Source: an uncultured Pelagibacteraceae bacterium
Lineage (GTDB): Bacteria > Pseudomonadota > Alphaproteobacteria > Pelagibacterales > Pelagibacteraceae
Direction of reading: 5' to 3'
NCBI GenBank assembly: GCA_902561585.1
Contig: CACEQK010000003.1
Span: 1,645-65,644 of the forward strand
Length of the DNA: 64,000 nt
Both the position numbers and the translations under genes were made by a program. Numbering within the stretch: the first letter of the stretch is position 1; each line of letters begins with the position of its first letter. The notes beneath the pieces are model-generated. The model was not told the DNA's origin and made no database searches. It saw nothing but the letters and a program-made list of their open reading frames with translations. Positions 8,654-17,617 of the stretch are shown piece by piece.

Positions 8654-9943
8654 ATGAAAAAATTAACTTTCATTTTATTAGGTTGTATTTCTGCTCTAAT
8701 GATTAGCTCACAAAGCTTTGCAGAAACTACAATGTCTCAAGAGGGACAATATATTTTCAACTCATTAGGATTTTATATTGGTGGGGTACTAGTTGCTTTC
8801 ATGGCTGCAGGTTTTTGTATGCTTGAGAGTGGTTTAGTGACTACAAAAAGTGTATCAACAATTGCCGCTAAAAATATAGGTAAATTCGCCATATGTTCAC
8901 TCGTATTTTTCTTAGTAGGTTATAATTTGGCTTATGGCGTGCCAGAAGGCGGTTACATTGGATCATTTTCAATTTGGACTGATAGCTCCGATGCTGGAAC
9001 AGGCTATTCTGGATATTCAGACTGGTTTTTTCAAACGATGTTCGTATGTGCCACAGCTTCAATAGTATCTGGAGCAGTAGCAGAGAGGATTAAGATCTGG
9101 CCATTCTTTATTTTTTCAGCGATTATGGCTGGAGTCATATATCCAATTTCTATGGGCTGGCAATGGGGAGGTGGCTGGTTAGCAAGTGGCGGATTTTCCG
9201 ACTTTGCTGGATCAACTTTAGTTCATGGATGTGGCGGAGCAGCTGCACTTGCTGGGGTAATGGTTTTAGGTGCTCGTGAAGGAAGATTTGGAAGAAGAGG
9301 AGAGAAAAAGTCTATGCAACCATTTGCAGCTTCAAGTATTCCATTAGTTACACTTGGAACATTTTTACTTTGGTTTGGTTGGTTTGGATTTAATGGATTT
9401 AGTCAGTTAGCAATGGGTACATTCGATGATGTTAATGCAATCTCAAAAATTGCAGTAAATACTCATTTAGCTGGTGCAGCAGGAACTTTCACTGGCGCTG
9501 CATTGACAAGACTAATTGGTGGCAAAACAGATATTGTTATGATGTTAAATGGAGCATTAGCAGGTCTTGTAGCTATTACTGCAGAACCTTTAACACCAGG
9601 GCCAATTACTGCAATGTTTATAGGATCCATTGGAGCGATCATAATGTATTTTGGTACAAAAATGTTAGAGAGTTACGGCTTAGATGATGTAGTTGGTGCA
9701 ATACCAGTGCACATGTTTGCTGGAATTTTTGGAACACTAGTCGTTCCATTAACTAATCCAGATACATCTTTCGGCACTCAATTTATCGGAACTGCCTCAG
9801 TATGTATCTTTAGCTTTGTTTTATCTTGGGCTACATTTACAGCTCTTAAATCAACAATTGGATTAAGAATTAGTAAAGCAGCTGAAAAATTAGGAACAGA
9901 TAAAGCAGAAGTAGGCGTTACAGCATACTCTATAAGAGATTAA
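8654..9943 (+). CDS. amtB: Ammonium transporter (Amt), copy 2
   Basis: Same motifs (DFAGSTLVH, GWFGFN, DDVVGAIPVH); GGGGG RBS before ATG at 8654. Confidence 0.95.
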   Translation: MKKLTFILLGCISALMISSQSFAETTMSQEGQYIFNSLGFYIGGVLVAFMAAGFCMLESGLVTTKSVSTIAAKNIGKFAICSLVFFLVGYNLAYGVPEGGYIGSFSIWTDSSDAGTGYSGYSDWFFQTMFVCATASIVSGAVAERIKIWPFFIFSAIMAGVIYPISMGWQWGGGWLASGGFSDFAGSTLVHGCGGAAALAGVMVLGAREGRFGRRGEKKSMQPFAASSIPLVTLGTFLLWFGWFGFNGFSQLAMGTFDDVNAISKIAVNTHLAGAAGTFTGAALTRLIGGKTDIVMMLNGALAGLVAITAEPLTPGPITAMFIGSIGAIIMYFGTKMLESYGLDDVVGAIPVHMFAGIFGTLVVPLTNPDTSFGTQFIGTASVCIFSFVLSWATFTALKSTIGLRISKAAEKLGTDKAEVGVTAYSIRD

Positions 9944-9957
9944 TTAAATTTTAAATT

Positions 9958-9983
9958 AAAGGCCCGAGTAATTGGGCCTTTTT
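9958..9983. terminator. Probable bidirectional terminator
   Basis: AAAGGCCCGA-GTAA-TTGGGCCTTTTTT between convergent genes. Confidence 0.8.
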
Positions 9984-11008
9984 TAATTCTCGTTTTCATC
10001 CCAAATTTTTTTCCAATCCATATTAGGAGATAGTCCAAAAATTGAGTTTATATTAGTTAAATGAACTGCTAAAGATGGAATAGGAGATATACAAAGTTCT
10101 TTTTCATATATCTCATGCATAGGTTTTTCAAAAGGAGCATGTTCTTTCTGACACATGCTTACATACTTATCCCAATATTTTTCTATAATTTGTTTACTTG
10201 TTAAAAACGTACATAAAGTTTCACTAATTTTACGCCAGTGACACTTATGACCTAAAAAGTTTAAAGTAGCCTCTGTTTTTGCATACAAATAAGGATAATC
10301 TGCAGGGCAAATAATAATTTCACGGTTTATTTGTGACGAAATTCTTTCGTAAGTGAATATCATTTCTTTAATAGTATTTCTTTTATGTAAATAATCATCT
10401 TCTACAAAGTAAATTAAATCTTCAGACTTTTTTGCTTCAAGAAGAGACTGATAAATATTAGCCATGTTTGACATTTGATTTGAGGTAACAATTTCTCCTC
10501 TTTGATTAGTTTTGTCTATTTGATCTTTAAATTTGTTAACATCTAAGTTTATGAATTTATAATCTTTGTTGAATTTTTTAAAAACATCATCAATTTTTTT
10601 AAGATTTTCTTCTGTAGAGTTGTGGTCAATAACTTTAAAATTAATTTTTAATTTTTTCAATTGAGGTTCAAAATTAGTAGAGTACAATAATGATCTTATT
10701 GTTCTTAAAGTATATTCAATTTTTTGTTCCTCAAATAATCTAGTCTTATTCTGAGATAACATATTCACGCTTGCGCATGTTCTAATGATGATATCTAAAG
10801 CTTCAACTTTTCTTGTAATTTTAATTTCTCCTAAGGGCAAATTTATTGAACTAAGACCCAGTTTACTTAAGTCATCAGTAAGAATTTTATTTGAGGTTAC
10901 AACTTCAAAAGAATTTTGATCAATAATTTCATAACCTAGTTTTCTACAAATTTTAATAAATAGCTTTTTAAAAAAACTAGTTTTTTTTGAACTTTTTATG
11001 TCTTTCAT
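9983..11008 (-). CDS. Putative glycosyltransferase (GT-A-like)
   Basis: IDHNS and LIYFVEDDYLH (DXD-like) motifs, SPIPSLAVH. Confidence 0.55.
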   Translation of the reverse strand: MKDIKSSKKTSFFKKLFIKICRKLGYEIIDQNSFEVVTSNKILTDDLSKLGLSSINLPLGEIKITRKVEALDIIIRTCASVNMLSQNKTRLFEEQKIEYTLRTIRSLLYSTNFEPQLKKLKINFKVIDHNSTEENLKKIDDVFKKFNKDYKFINLDVNKFKDQIDKTNQRGEIVTSNQMSNMANIYQSLLEAKKSEDLIYFVEDDYLHKRNTIKEMIFTYERISSQINREIIICPADYPYLYAKTEATLNFLGHKCHWRKISETLCTFLTSKQIIEKYWDKYVSMCQKEHAPFEKPMHEIYEKELCISPIPSLAVHLTNINSIFGLSPNMDWKKIWDENEN

Positions 11009-11046
11009 TCTGGTAAAATATATATATTAGTTTATTAATTACATCT

Positions 11047-11445
11047 ATGAGTATTAAATCCTCCCATACCTTAGTAGAAGAAGCTCTTAAAAAAATTGAG
11101 ACTTTAAATACAAGTGAAGTTAAAGATTTAATTGAGAAAAAAGAAATAACTTTAATTGATGTAAGAGATATTAGAGAGATTTGGAAAGAAGGAACAATAG
11201 CTGATTCTAAACATATACCTAGAGGAATGTTAGAATTTTGGTTAGATCCTGAAAGCTCCTATTATAAAGCTAACAAAATTAAAGATCTTAAAAAAATGGT
11301 TTTATTTTGTGCATTAGGATTAAGGTCTGCTTTAGCCACAAAATCACTTGTCGACATGGGATTTAAAAATGTTGCACATGTTGATGGTGGTTTTGATGCC
11401 TTAAAAAAAAATGGATTTAAAGTAATTCAAAAAGAGAGAAAATAA
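11047..11445 (+). CDS. Rhodanese-like protein
   Basis: LIDVRD, HIPRGMLEFW, active-site loop FCALGLRS, GGF. Confidence 0.88.
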   Translation: MSIKSSHTLVEEALKKIETLNTSEVKDLIEKKEITLIDVRDIREIWKEGTIADSKHIPRGMLEFWLDPESSYYKANKIKDLKKMVLFCALGLRSALATKSLVDMGFKNVAHVDGGFDALKKNGFKVIQKERK

Positions 11446-11446
11446 A

Positions 11447-12034
11447 TTATTTATTTGCCTCTGATAATGCAAATTCAATTCTATCTTGACCCCAGAAAAT
11501 TTTATTATTAACGACAAATGTTGGTGCACCAAAAATCCCTTTTTCATATGCATCGTTAGTTTTTTTTCTCAAAGAGTCTTTTATTATTGAGGATGTTGAT
11601 CTTAGGATAAATGTTTTAGGATTCACATTTAAATTTTTTAGAACTTTTTCAATAATAATTTGATCATTCATGTTTAAACCGTCTTGCCAGATGGTGTTAA
11701 AGATACTGTCTATGTAGTAACTTTTAATGTTGTCCTCCTCAGCCACAAAGACACCACGCATTAAATTGAGGCTTCTAATTGGAAAATAAGAATTAAATTT
11801 AAATTTTACTCCATTTTTCATAGCTATAAGCTTACAATCTCTAATCATATGTTTTGCTTTAGCCGGTATAAACGCAGGTGCTTTTATTCCGTGTAAGTTG
11901 TGTAAACCACCCACAAGAATGGGTTTATATCTAATTTTTATTCTTTCTTTCTTTTCAATTTTTCTTACTTCTTTGTGAGCTAAAAAAGAATAAGGACTTA
12001 CAAAGTCAAAGTAAAAGTCAAATGGTTTAATCAT
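11447..12034 (-). CDS. 2-hydroxychromene-2-carboxylate isomerase / GST-kappa (DsbA-like)
   Basis: FYFDFVSPYS and GIFGAPTF...FWGQDR; probable start at 12034. Confidence 0.85.
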   Translation of the reverse strand: MIKPFDFYFDFVSPYSFLAHKEVRKIEKKERIKIRYKPILVGGLHNLHGIKAPAFIPAKAKHMIRDCKLIAMKNGVKFKFNSYFPIRSLNLMRGVFVAEEDNIKSYYIDSIFNTIWQDGLNMNDQIIIEKVLKNLNVNPKTFILRSTSSIIKDSLRKKTNDAYEKGIFGAPTFVVNNKIFWGQDRIEFALSEANK

Positions 12035-12500
12035 TAAAGCTAATTTTTTTAGCAAAGAAAATTCTAATAAACCAATATATGACCAACCCAATTGGGCCAG
12101 TAAAATAAGTTAAAATCAATGAAGGAATTAATACTATTTTAGGAATTAGGTATTTTCTTCCATCTCTAACAATCCATGCTCCAGCAAATAAACTTATAGA
12201 CAAAAAATGTAACCAAAAAATTAATAATAATGTTTCATTAGCAAACATTGCATATAAACCATCAAGTCCACTGTATAATTCAAATCCATGAAATATATCT
12301 CCTTCTATAAATAGACCATAAGATAAATAAGCATAGCCTATAGCTAATAAAAGTGGGGCGATTACAGATTGAACAAAAAAATTTGTTATTTGATGATTGG
12401 GCAAAATTATTAACAATAACCAAAAGGGAATTACTCCCCAATTAGCTATTAAATAAATGTTTTCAAAATTTAAAAATGCTAATAAATTATTTATCATCAA
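12027..12500 (-). CDS. ABA4-like (DUF4281) membrane protein
   Basis: PFWLLLI.LP...WLHFL...LFAG.WI..D...LTYFTGPIGL. Confidence 0.75.
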   Translation of the reverse strand: MMINNLLAFLNFENIYLIANWGVIPFWLLLIILPNHQITNFFVQSVIAPLLLAIGYAYLSYGLFIEGDIFHGFELYSGLDGLYAMFANETLLLIFWLHFLSISLFAGAWIVRDGRKYLIPKIVLIPSLILTYFTGPIGLVIYWFIRIFFAKKISFND

Positions 12501-12523
12501 AAATAATATAGTATATTAACTAT

Positions 12524-13084
12524 ATGAATCCCACTGCTAATAAAAGTGATTTTGAAGATTTAACTACTAATCTCAGAGACTTAGCATATTCATATTTAGA
12601 AAAATATAGCCCGTCCAAACAACAGTTAAAAGTTTATTTACTGAAGAAGTATTTAACAAAAATTAAGGGAACAAAATCAAAAAAAGAAGTTACAGCGATT
12701 ATTGATGAAATAATTTTAAATTTAGAAAAAAATAGAATTTTAAACGATGAATTGTATTCAGACTCTAAAGCAAGAATGTTTTTAAGAAGGGGATATTCTT
12801 TAAATAAAATTAATCAATCCCTAAGAAATAAAGGTATAGACTATAAATATATAAAACAAAGTATAGATAAAATAAAAGAAGGTGAGATTGAACCAGATTT
12901 TGTTTCGGCCTTAAAGCTTTGCAAAAGAAGAAGAATAGGGCCTCTAAGACCCGAAGCTAATAGAGAATTATTTTATAAAAAGGACATGGGTATTTTAGCT
13001 AGAGGCGGATTTAGTTTTGATTTATCAAAGAGAGTATTAGATCTAGAAAAAACTGAATTTAATAAGTTAGTCAAGATTATCTGA
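12524..13084 (+). CDS. recX: RecX-family regulator
   Basis: AYSYLEKY, LND..Y...RRGYS..KI.Q.L..KG, RRRIGP, LARGGFS. Confidence 0.8.
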   Translation: MNPTANKSDFEDLTTNLRDLAYSYLEKYSPSKQQLKVYLLKKYLTKIKGTKSKKEVTAIIDEIILNLEKNRILNDELYSDSKARMFLRRGYSLNKINQSLRNKGIDYKYIKQSIDKIKEGEIEPDFVSALKLCKRRRIGPLRPEANRELFYKKDMGILARGGFSFDLSKRVLDLEKTEFNKLVKII

Positions 13085-13210
13085 TTTTCTCTTTTTTTCC
13101 TCTTCAACCAGAATATCAAGTTTTCTTTTAAGAGCATTTCTAACTAATATGAAAAACAAAACTCCAAAAAAGGTTACAGATAAAATTATAATAGCTATAG
13201 TTTTAAACAT
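13067..13210 (-). CDS. Small single-pass membrane protein (47 aa), not in the ORF track
   Basis: MFKTIAIIILSVTFFGVLFFILVRNALKRKLDILVEEEKKRKSDNLD*; the start overlaps the cysQ stop. Confidence 0.55.
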   Translation of the reverse strand: MFKTIAIIILSVTFFGVLFFILVRNALKRKLDILVEEEKKRKSDNLD

Positions 13211-13982
13211 CTAATTTTTCTGCTCTTTTAATTAATAAGCTTGGATTTCTATAATCTTCTTTTCCATACAAAAAAGGTTTTTCATCAAGAGTTTTTATGA
13301 TTGCCCCAGCATTTTGAGCAACAGCATGACCTGCTGCATAATCCCATTCATTAGCTCTTTCTCTAGCAGCATAAATATCATATTCACCTGTAGCTATTAC
13401 ACAAAATTTATATGAACTTGCCATCTTTACAATGGAGTTAACATTACACTCTTTCAATTTATTTAATATTATATCTGAAGGTTTTACTACACTAGACAAA
13501 GCAACTATTTTTCCTGCAGGTTGTTGTTTGGCACAATTTAATTTTTTTGTTTTACCTCCTTCAATTAAATAACTTTCACCAGGCCCATAGGAAAAAAATA
13601 ATCTATCTTTTTTTGGCACTCCAACTAAACCAAGCACCGGAATAGTGTTAATCACTAAAGCCGCATTTAATGTGTATTCATCTTTACCAGCTATATATTC
13701 TTTGGTTCCATCTATAGGATCTATTAACCAAAATATATTAGCTGTATTTCTTACACTTAAATCAACTGTTTCTTCAGAGATGATCGGGAGATTTGGAGTA
13801 ATATTTTTAATTTTATTAGTTATTAATTCATTCACTTTTAAATCTCCATTACTTACAGGAGAGTTATCTTCTTTGATTTCAATTTTTAAACCTTTTTGGT
13901 AAAGGTCGATAGAAATTTTACCGGCTTCTTCAAATGTTTCGATTAAACTTTCACTTATAGTTTTTAATTCACTCGTTTTCAT
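13203..13982 (-). CDS. cysQ: 3'(2'),5'-bisphosphate nucleotidase CysQ
   Basis: ISEE, FWLIDPIDGTKE, EWDYAAGHA; start likely at 13982. Confidence 0.85.
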   Translation of the reverse strand: MKTSELKTISESLIETFEEAGKISIDLYQKGLKIEIKEDNSPVSNGDLKVNELITNKIKNITPNLPIISEETVDLSVRNTANIFWLIDPIDGTKEYIAGKDEYTLNAALVINTIPVLGLVGVPKKDRLFFSYGPGESYLIEGGKTKKLNCAKQQPAGKIVALSSVVKPSDIILNKLKECNVNSIVKMASSYKFCVIATGEYDIYAARERANEWDYAAGHAVAQNAGAIIKTLDEKPFLYGKEDYRNPSLLIKRAEKLDV

Positions 13983-14151
13983 TGCTGACTTTCTCAAGAT
14001 TTACGTTTTCAACATTAATTACTCTTTTACCGTAATTTTCAAAGTTTACGGTAACTTTATTACCAATTATTGATTGGACTTGACCTATGCCCCAATCTTT
14101 ATTTGAAGGATTTTCAACATAATCCCCTGGTTCAAAATCAATTAGCATCAT
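13969..14151 (-). CDS. DUF3553-family small SH3-like protein
   Basis: EPGDYVENP...WGIGQVQS...KVTVNFEN.GK. Confidence 0.8.
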   Translation of the reverse strand: MMLIDFEPGDYVENPSNKDWGIGQVQSIIGNKVTVNFENYGKRVINVENVNLEKVSNENE

Positions 14152-14187
14152 GGAAAATTATTATAATATAGATTATACACTTTAAAC

Positions 14188-15315
14188 ATGAATTCACTAG
14201 GAATTAATAAACCGAAAAAAAAGACCAAAGTAGTTGTTGCTATGTCTGGCGGTGTTGACTCATCTGTTGTGGCGGCGCTTATGAAGCAAGAGGGATATGA
14301 CGTAACTGGTATAACTTTAAAATTGTATGACGATGCTAAACAATCGAAAGAGGGAAGACAATGTTGTGCTGGCCAGGATATTTTAGATGCAAAAAGAGTT
14401 TCAGAAAATATTAATATTGAGCATAAAATCTTATTTTATCAAAAAAAATTTAAGACTGATGTAATCGACTCATTTATTGATAGCTACACTGCGGGAGAAA
14501 CTCCAATTCCCTGTGTTCAATGTAATCAAACTGTAAAATTTAGAGATTTATTTAAATACGCAAAAGATCTTAAAGCGGATGCATTAATTACAGGTCATTA
14601 TGTTTCTAGAGTTCAAAGCAACGGACATGCGAGTATGTATAGAGCTAAAGATCAAAACAGAGATCAAAGTTATTTTTTATTCAGCACAACACAAGAGCAA
14701 CTAGACTTTTTAAGATTTCCTTTAGGTGAAATAGATAAGTCGGAAACAAGAAAAATAGCCGAGAAATTAAACTTAAATGTAGCATCTAAGCCAGACAGCC
14801 AAGATATTTGTTTTGTACCTAATGGTGACTATGCTTCTGTAATTAAAAAGTTTCGACCTGAGTCTTTTAAACCTGGAAAAATTTTAGATTTGAAAGGAAA
14901 ACAAGTCGGTGAACACGAAGGCATAATCAATTATACAATTGGCCAAAGAAAAGGAATTAAAATTGCAAGTAATAATCCATTATATGTAATTAATATCGAT
15001 GCAGATAATAATTCAATCATAGTTGGTGAGAAAGATTACTTAGAGATTAAAAAAATTAAATTAAGAGAATTAAATATTTTAGGTTCAGAAAAAGAATTCA
15101 AGGATTTTATAAATATTAAAGTTAGATCTACCGGAAGACTTTTGAAAGCTAAAATTAATATTAAAGATAATTTAGCAGATGTAGAAATACTAGATAAAGA
15201 AAATGGAATCTCACCAGGTCAAGCATGCGTTTTTTATTCAAAAGATGATGTTGGGGATAAAGTTTTAGGTGGAGGCTGGATACATAAGACATTTAATAAA
15301 AATTTATCCACTTAA
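14188..15315 (+). CDS. mnmA: tRNA 2-thiouridylase MnmA
   Basis: [50 protein letters not shown]. Confidence 0.96.
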   Translation: MNSLGINKPKKKTKVVVAMSGGVDSSVVAALMKQEGYDVTGITLKLYDDAKQSKEGRQCCAGQDILDAKRVSENINIEHKILFYQKKFKTDVIDSFIDSYTAGETPIPCVQCNQTVKFRDLFKYAKDLKADALITGHYVSRVQSNGHASMYRAKDQNRDQSYFLFSTTQEQLDFLRFPLGEIDKSETRKIAEKLNLNVASKPDSQDICFVPNGDYASVIKKFRPESFKPGKILDLKGKQVGEHEGIINYTIGQRKGIKIASNNPLYVINIDADNNSIIVGEKDYLEIKKIKLRELNILGSEKEFKDFINIKVRSTGRLLKAKINIKDNLADVEILDKENGISPGQACVFYSKDDVGDKVLGGGWIHKTFNKNLST

Positions 15316-15386
15316 TTAACATCACAAAATTCCTACACGGTAAAAGTGATAACAATTTTTTTAAATATATGATTATGTATGAATAA

Positions 15387-15557
15387 TTAAGAGGCAACTC
15401 TTAACTGGCCATTTGGGGAAAGACCGAGAGGTTCAAGCTCAAAGGGCAGAAAGGTGAACCTAGTAGCGCTAGAATAGTTCATCGGGATGGCTTGGCGGTA
15501 GCGCCTAAAACGACGAGCCAAAACTACTAAATTTCTGGGCGAAAGCCTGGAAATTTA
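15387..15557 (+). ncRNA. Putative structured non-coding RNA, about 170 nt
   Basis: GC-rich island in AT-rich DNA with several complementary stems and GNRA loops (GCAA at the first hairpin, GAAA at the last); no ORF. Confidence 0.7.
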
Positions 15558-16256
15558 AGTGGTTCTCTTCCAAAAGAATCTTGATAATAAATAAAACACA
15601 ATAACGCCAACAAAATAATTCCATTCCAACGCATGTTTAAAGTGAGTGTTTCCTTTTGTAACTAAAATAGGCAAACTTAGAATTGCAACGATCACTAATA
15701 TTGAAACAAGAAAAGCTTTGATCACTAAGACTTTTTTATTAATAAATTTTTCTAATTTATTTTTTAGTTTGTATAAATGATAAACTAATAAACCCTGAGC
15801 AATAAGCTCAAAAATTATAAATAATAATAAAACAACACGTCTAAAAAGTTTATAAATTTGAATATCAAATTTTATTCCTAGAAAAATTGAATGAATAACT
15901 AAAAATATTGCTGATAAAATTCCAAATTTTTTAAAGTTAAAATTAATATCTGAAGAGTACAATTTATTTACTAAATTATTATTTTCTCTCCAATAATAAT
16001 ACAATAAAGCCGCAGTCAATATCATTGAAGGTTTAAAAATAAGGTATTGGGGAAAGGTTCTTGATGCTCTACTTATAGACAAACTTCCATCTAGATAAGG
16101 AATTGAAAAAGCAGATCTTCCAATCTGATCAACAGTAAATATTGTTCCCTCCAAAAATTCTGGGTTTTGAGATATTATTAAACAAAGATTTATAGCAAGC
16201 AATGGAATTAAAAATATCCATATACTCAATTTTCTAATTTGAGTTATTGCATGCAT
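15555..16256 (-). CDS. Hypothetical multi-pass membrane protein
   Basis: About six hydrophobic segments; PYLDG..SISR..R and ALEWN motifs. Confidence 0.65.
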   Translation of the reverse strand: MHAITQIRKLSIWIFLIPLLAINLCLIISQNPEFLEGTIFTVDQIGRSAFSIPYLDGSLSISRASRTFPQYLIFKPSMILTAALLYYYWRENNNLVNKLYSSDINFNFKKFGILSAIFLVIHSIFLGIKFDIQIYKLFRRVVLLLFIIFELIAQGLLVYHLYKLKNKLEKFINKKVLVIKAFLVSILVIVAILSLPILVTKGNTHFKHALEWNYFVGVIVFYLLSRFFWKRTT

Positions 16257-16270
16257 AAATATTTAAATGA

Positions 16271-16354
16271 TTATTTCTTTTTATTTCTTTTTCTAGCTCT
16301 TCTTTTTTTTGATCCAATTTTTCTTCTTCCTCGGTGTTTTTTTGGATAACCCAT
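16271..16354 (-). CDS. 27-aa highly basic peptide, not in the ORF track
   Basis: AAGGAGG RBS then MGYPKKHRGRRKIGSKKRRARKRNKKK*. Confidence 0.7.
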   Translation of the reverse strand: MGYPKKHRGRRKIGSKKRRARKRNKKK

Positions 16355-16420
16355 ATTTTCGCCTCCTTTTTTATATCTTAATTAGTAAAGTACTATATAA
16401 AAGTCAGATATACTTATTTT

Positions 16421-17617
16421 ATGAAAAAGTCTATAAGCACATTCTTAAAACATCCCACTAAAGACAGTACTAATAGGTCTGCAAATCCTCCCGTAACTAG
16501 AGCTTCAACTATTTTATTCAATTCAATTCAAGAAATGTATCAACATGAATTGAAAATTAAAAAACATAAAAAAGTATCACATTATACCTATGGAAGATAT
16601 GGAAGTACCACGACAATAGAGCTCGAGAATATTTTAAAAGAATTAGAGCAGGCTTATCACGTTTTTTTGACAGGAACTGGTTTTGGAGGAATAGCTTTGG
16701 CTTTAATGTCTCTCTGCAGACCAGGAGATGAAATTTTGGTTTCTGATAATGTATATGGTCCAACAAAAGAAATATCTCAAGAATTGCTTAAAGAGTTCAA
16801 TGTTAGTGCAAAATTTTATAATCCTGACTCATTTGAAGACCTAAAAAATAAAATTTCAACAAAAACAAAAATGATATTAGTTGAAAATCCTGGAAGTAAT
16901 ACTTTTGAATTTCAAGATTTATCAAAAATCACTCAGTTAGCAAAAAGAAAAAAAATTTTTACTCTTTTAGACAATACATGGGGAACTCCGCTTTATCTAA
17001 AGCCATTAAATATTGGTTTTGACATGTCTTTTTGTTCGGCAACAAAATATTTTTCAGGTCATTCAGATGCTATGGGTGGTTCTCTTGCTGTAAATAAAAA
17101 AGTTTTTAAAAAGATTATGTTTTTTTATAAATTATCTGGCTACAGAATGTCAGCCGATGAGGCTTATTTAATCATAAGAGGCTTAAGAACTTTAGACACA
17201 AGACTAAAACAACATAGTAAGAATACAAAAGTTATTATCAATTTCTTAAAAAGACAAAAAAAAATAAAAGAAATTCTTTACCCTCACAACCCTTCCTCTA
17301 AAAATTATAAACTTTGGAAAAAATATTACTCTGGTGCAACTGGCTTGCTTTCAATAGTAATTAAAAGCAAAAAAAAAACTTCTGTAATACAATTTGTAAA
17401 TTCTTTAGAATTATTTGGCATAGGATATAGCTGGGGCGGTTTTGAAAGCTTAGCTATACTTCAAGAATTAAAAAATAATAAAAAAGATGAATATTTGAAA
17501 GGACGTCAATTTTACCGATTTAATAAAGATGAATTTATTGTAAGACTACACATTGGACTAGAAGATCCAAAAGATTTAATTAATGATCTAAAAAAAGGTT
17601 TAAAAAAAATTAAATAA
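16421..17617 (+). CDS. metC: Cystathionine beta-lyase (PLP transsulfuration family)
   Basis: NPPVTRASTI, YGRYG, DNTW, SATKYFSGHSD, SWGGFESL, RLHIGLEDP. Confidence 0.88.
   Translation: MKKSISTFLKHPTKDSTNRSANPPVTRASTILFNSIQEMYQHELKIKKHKKVSHYTYGRYGSTTTIELENILKELEQAYHVFLTGTGFGGIALALMSLCRPGDEILVSDNVYGPTKEISQELLKEFNVSAKFYNPDSFEDLKNKISTKTKMILVENPGSNTFEFQDLSKITQLAKRKKIFTLLDNTWGTPLYLKPLNIGFDMSFCSATKYFSGHSDAMGGSLAVNKKVFKKIMFFYKLSGYRMSADEAYLIIRGLRTLDTRLKQHSKNTKVIINFLKRQKKIKEILYPHNPSSKNYKLWKKYYSGATGLLSIVIKSKKKTSVIQFVNSLELFGIGYSWGGFESLAILQELKNNKKDEYLKGRQFYRFNKDEFIVRLHIGLEDPKDLINDLKKGLKKIK

Noticed and set aside
15387-15557. RNase P RNA, tmRNA, SRP RNA or a riboswitch
   Set aside because: It lacks their conserved signature sequences, and there is no downstream co-oriented gene for cis-regulation.
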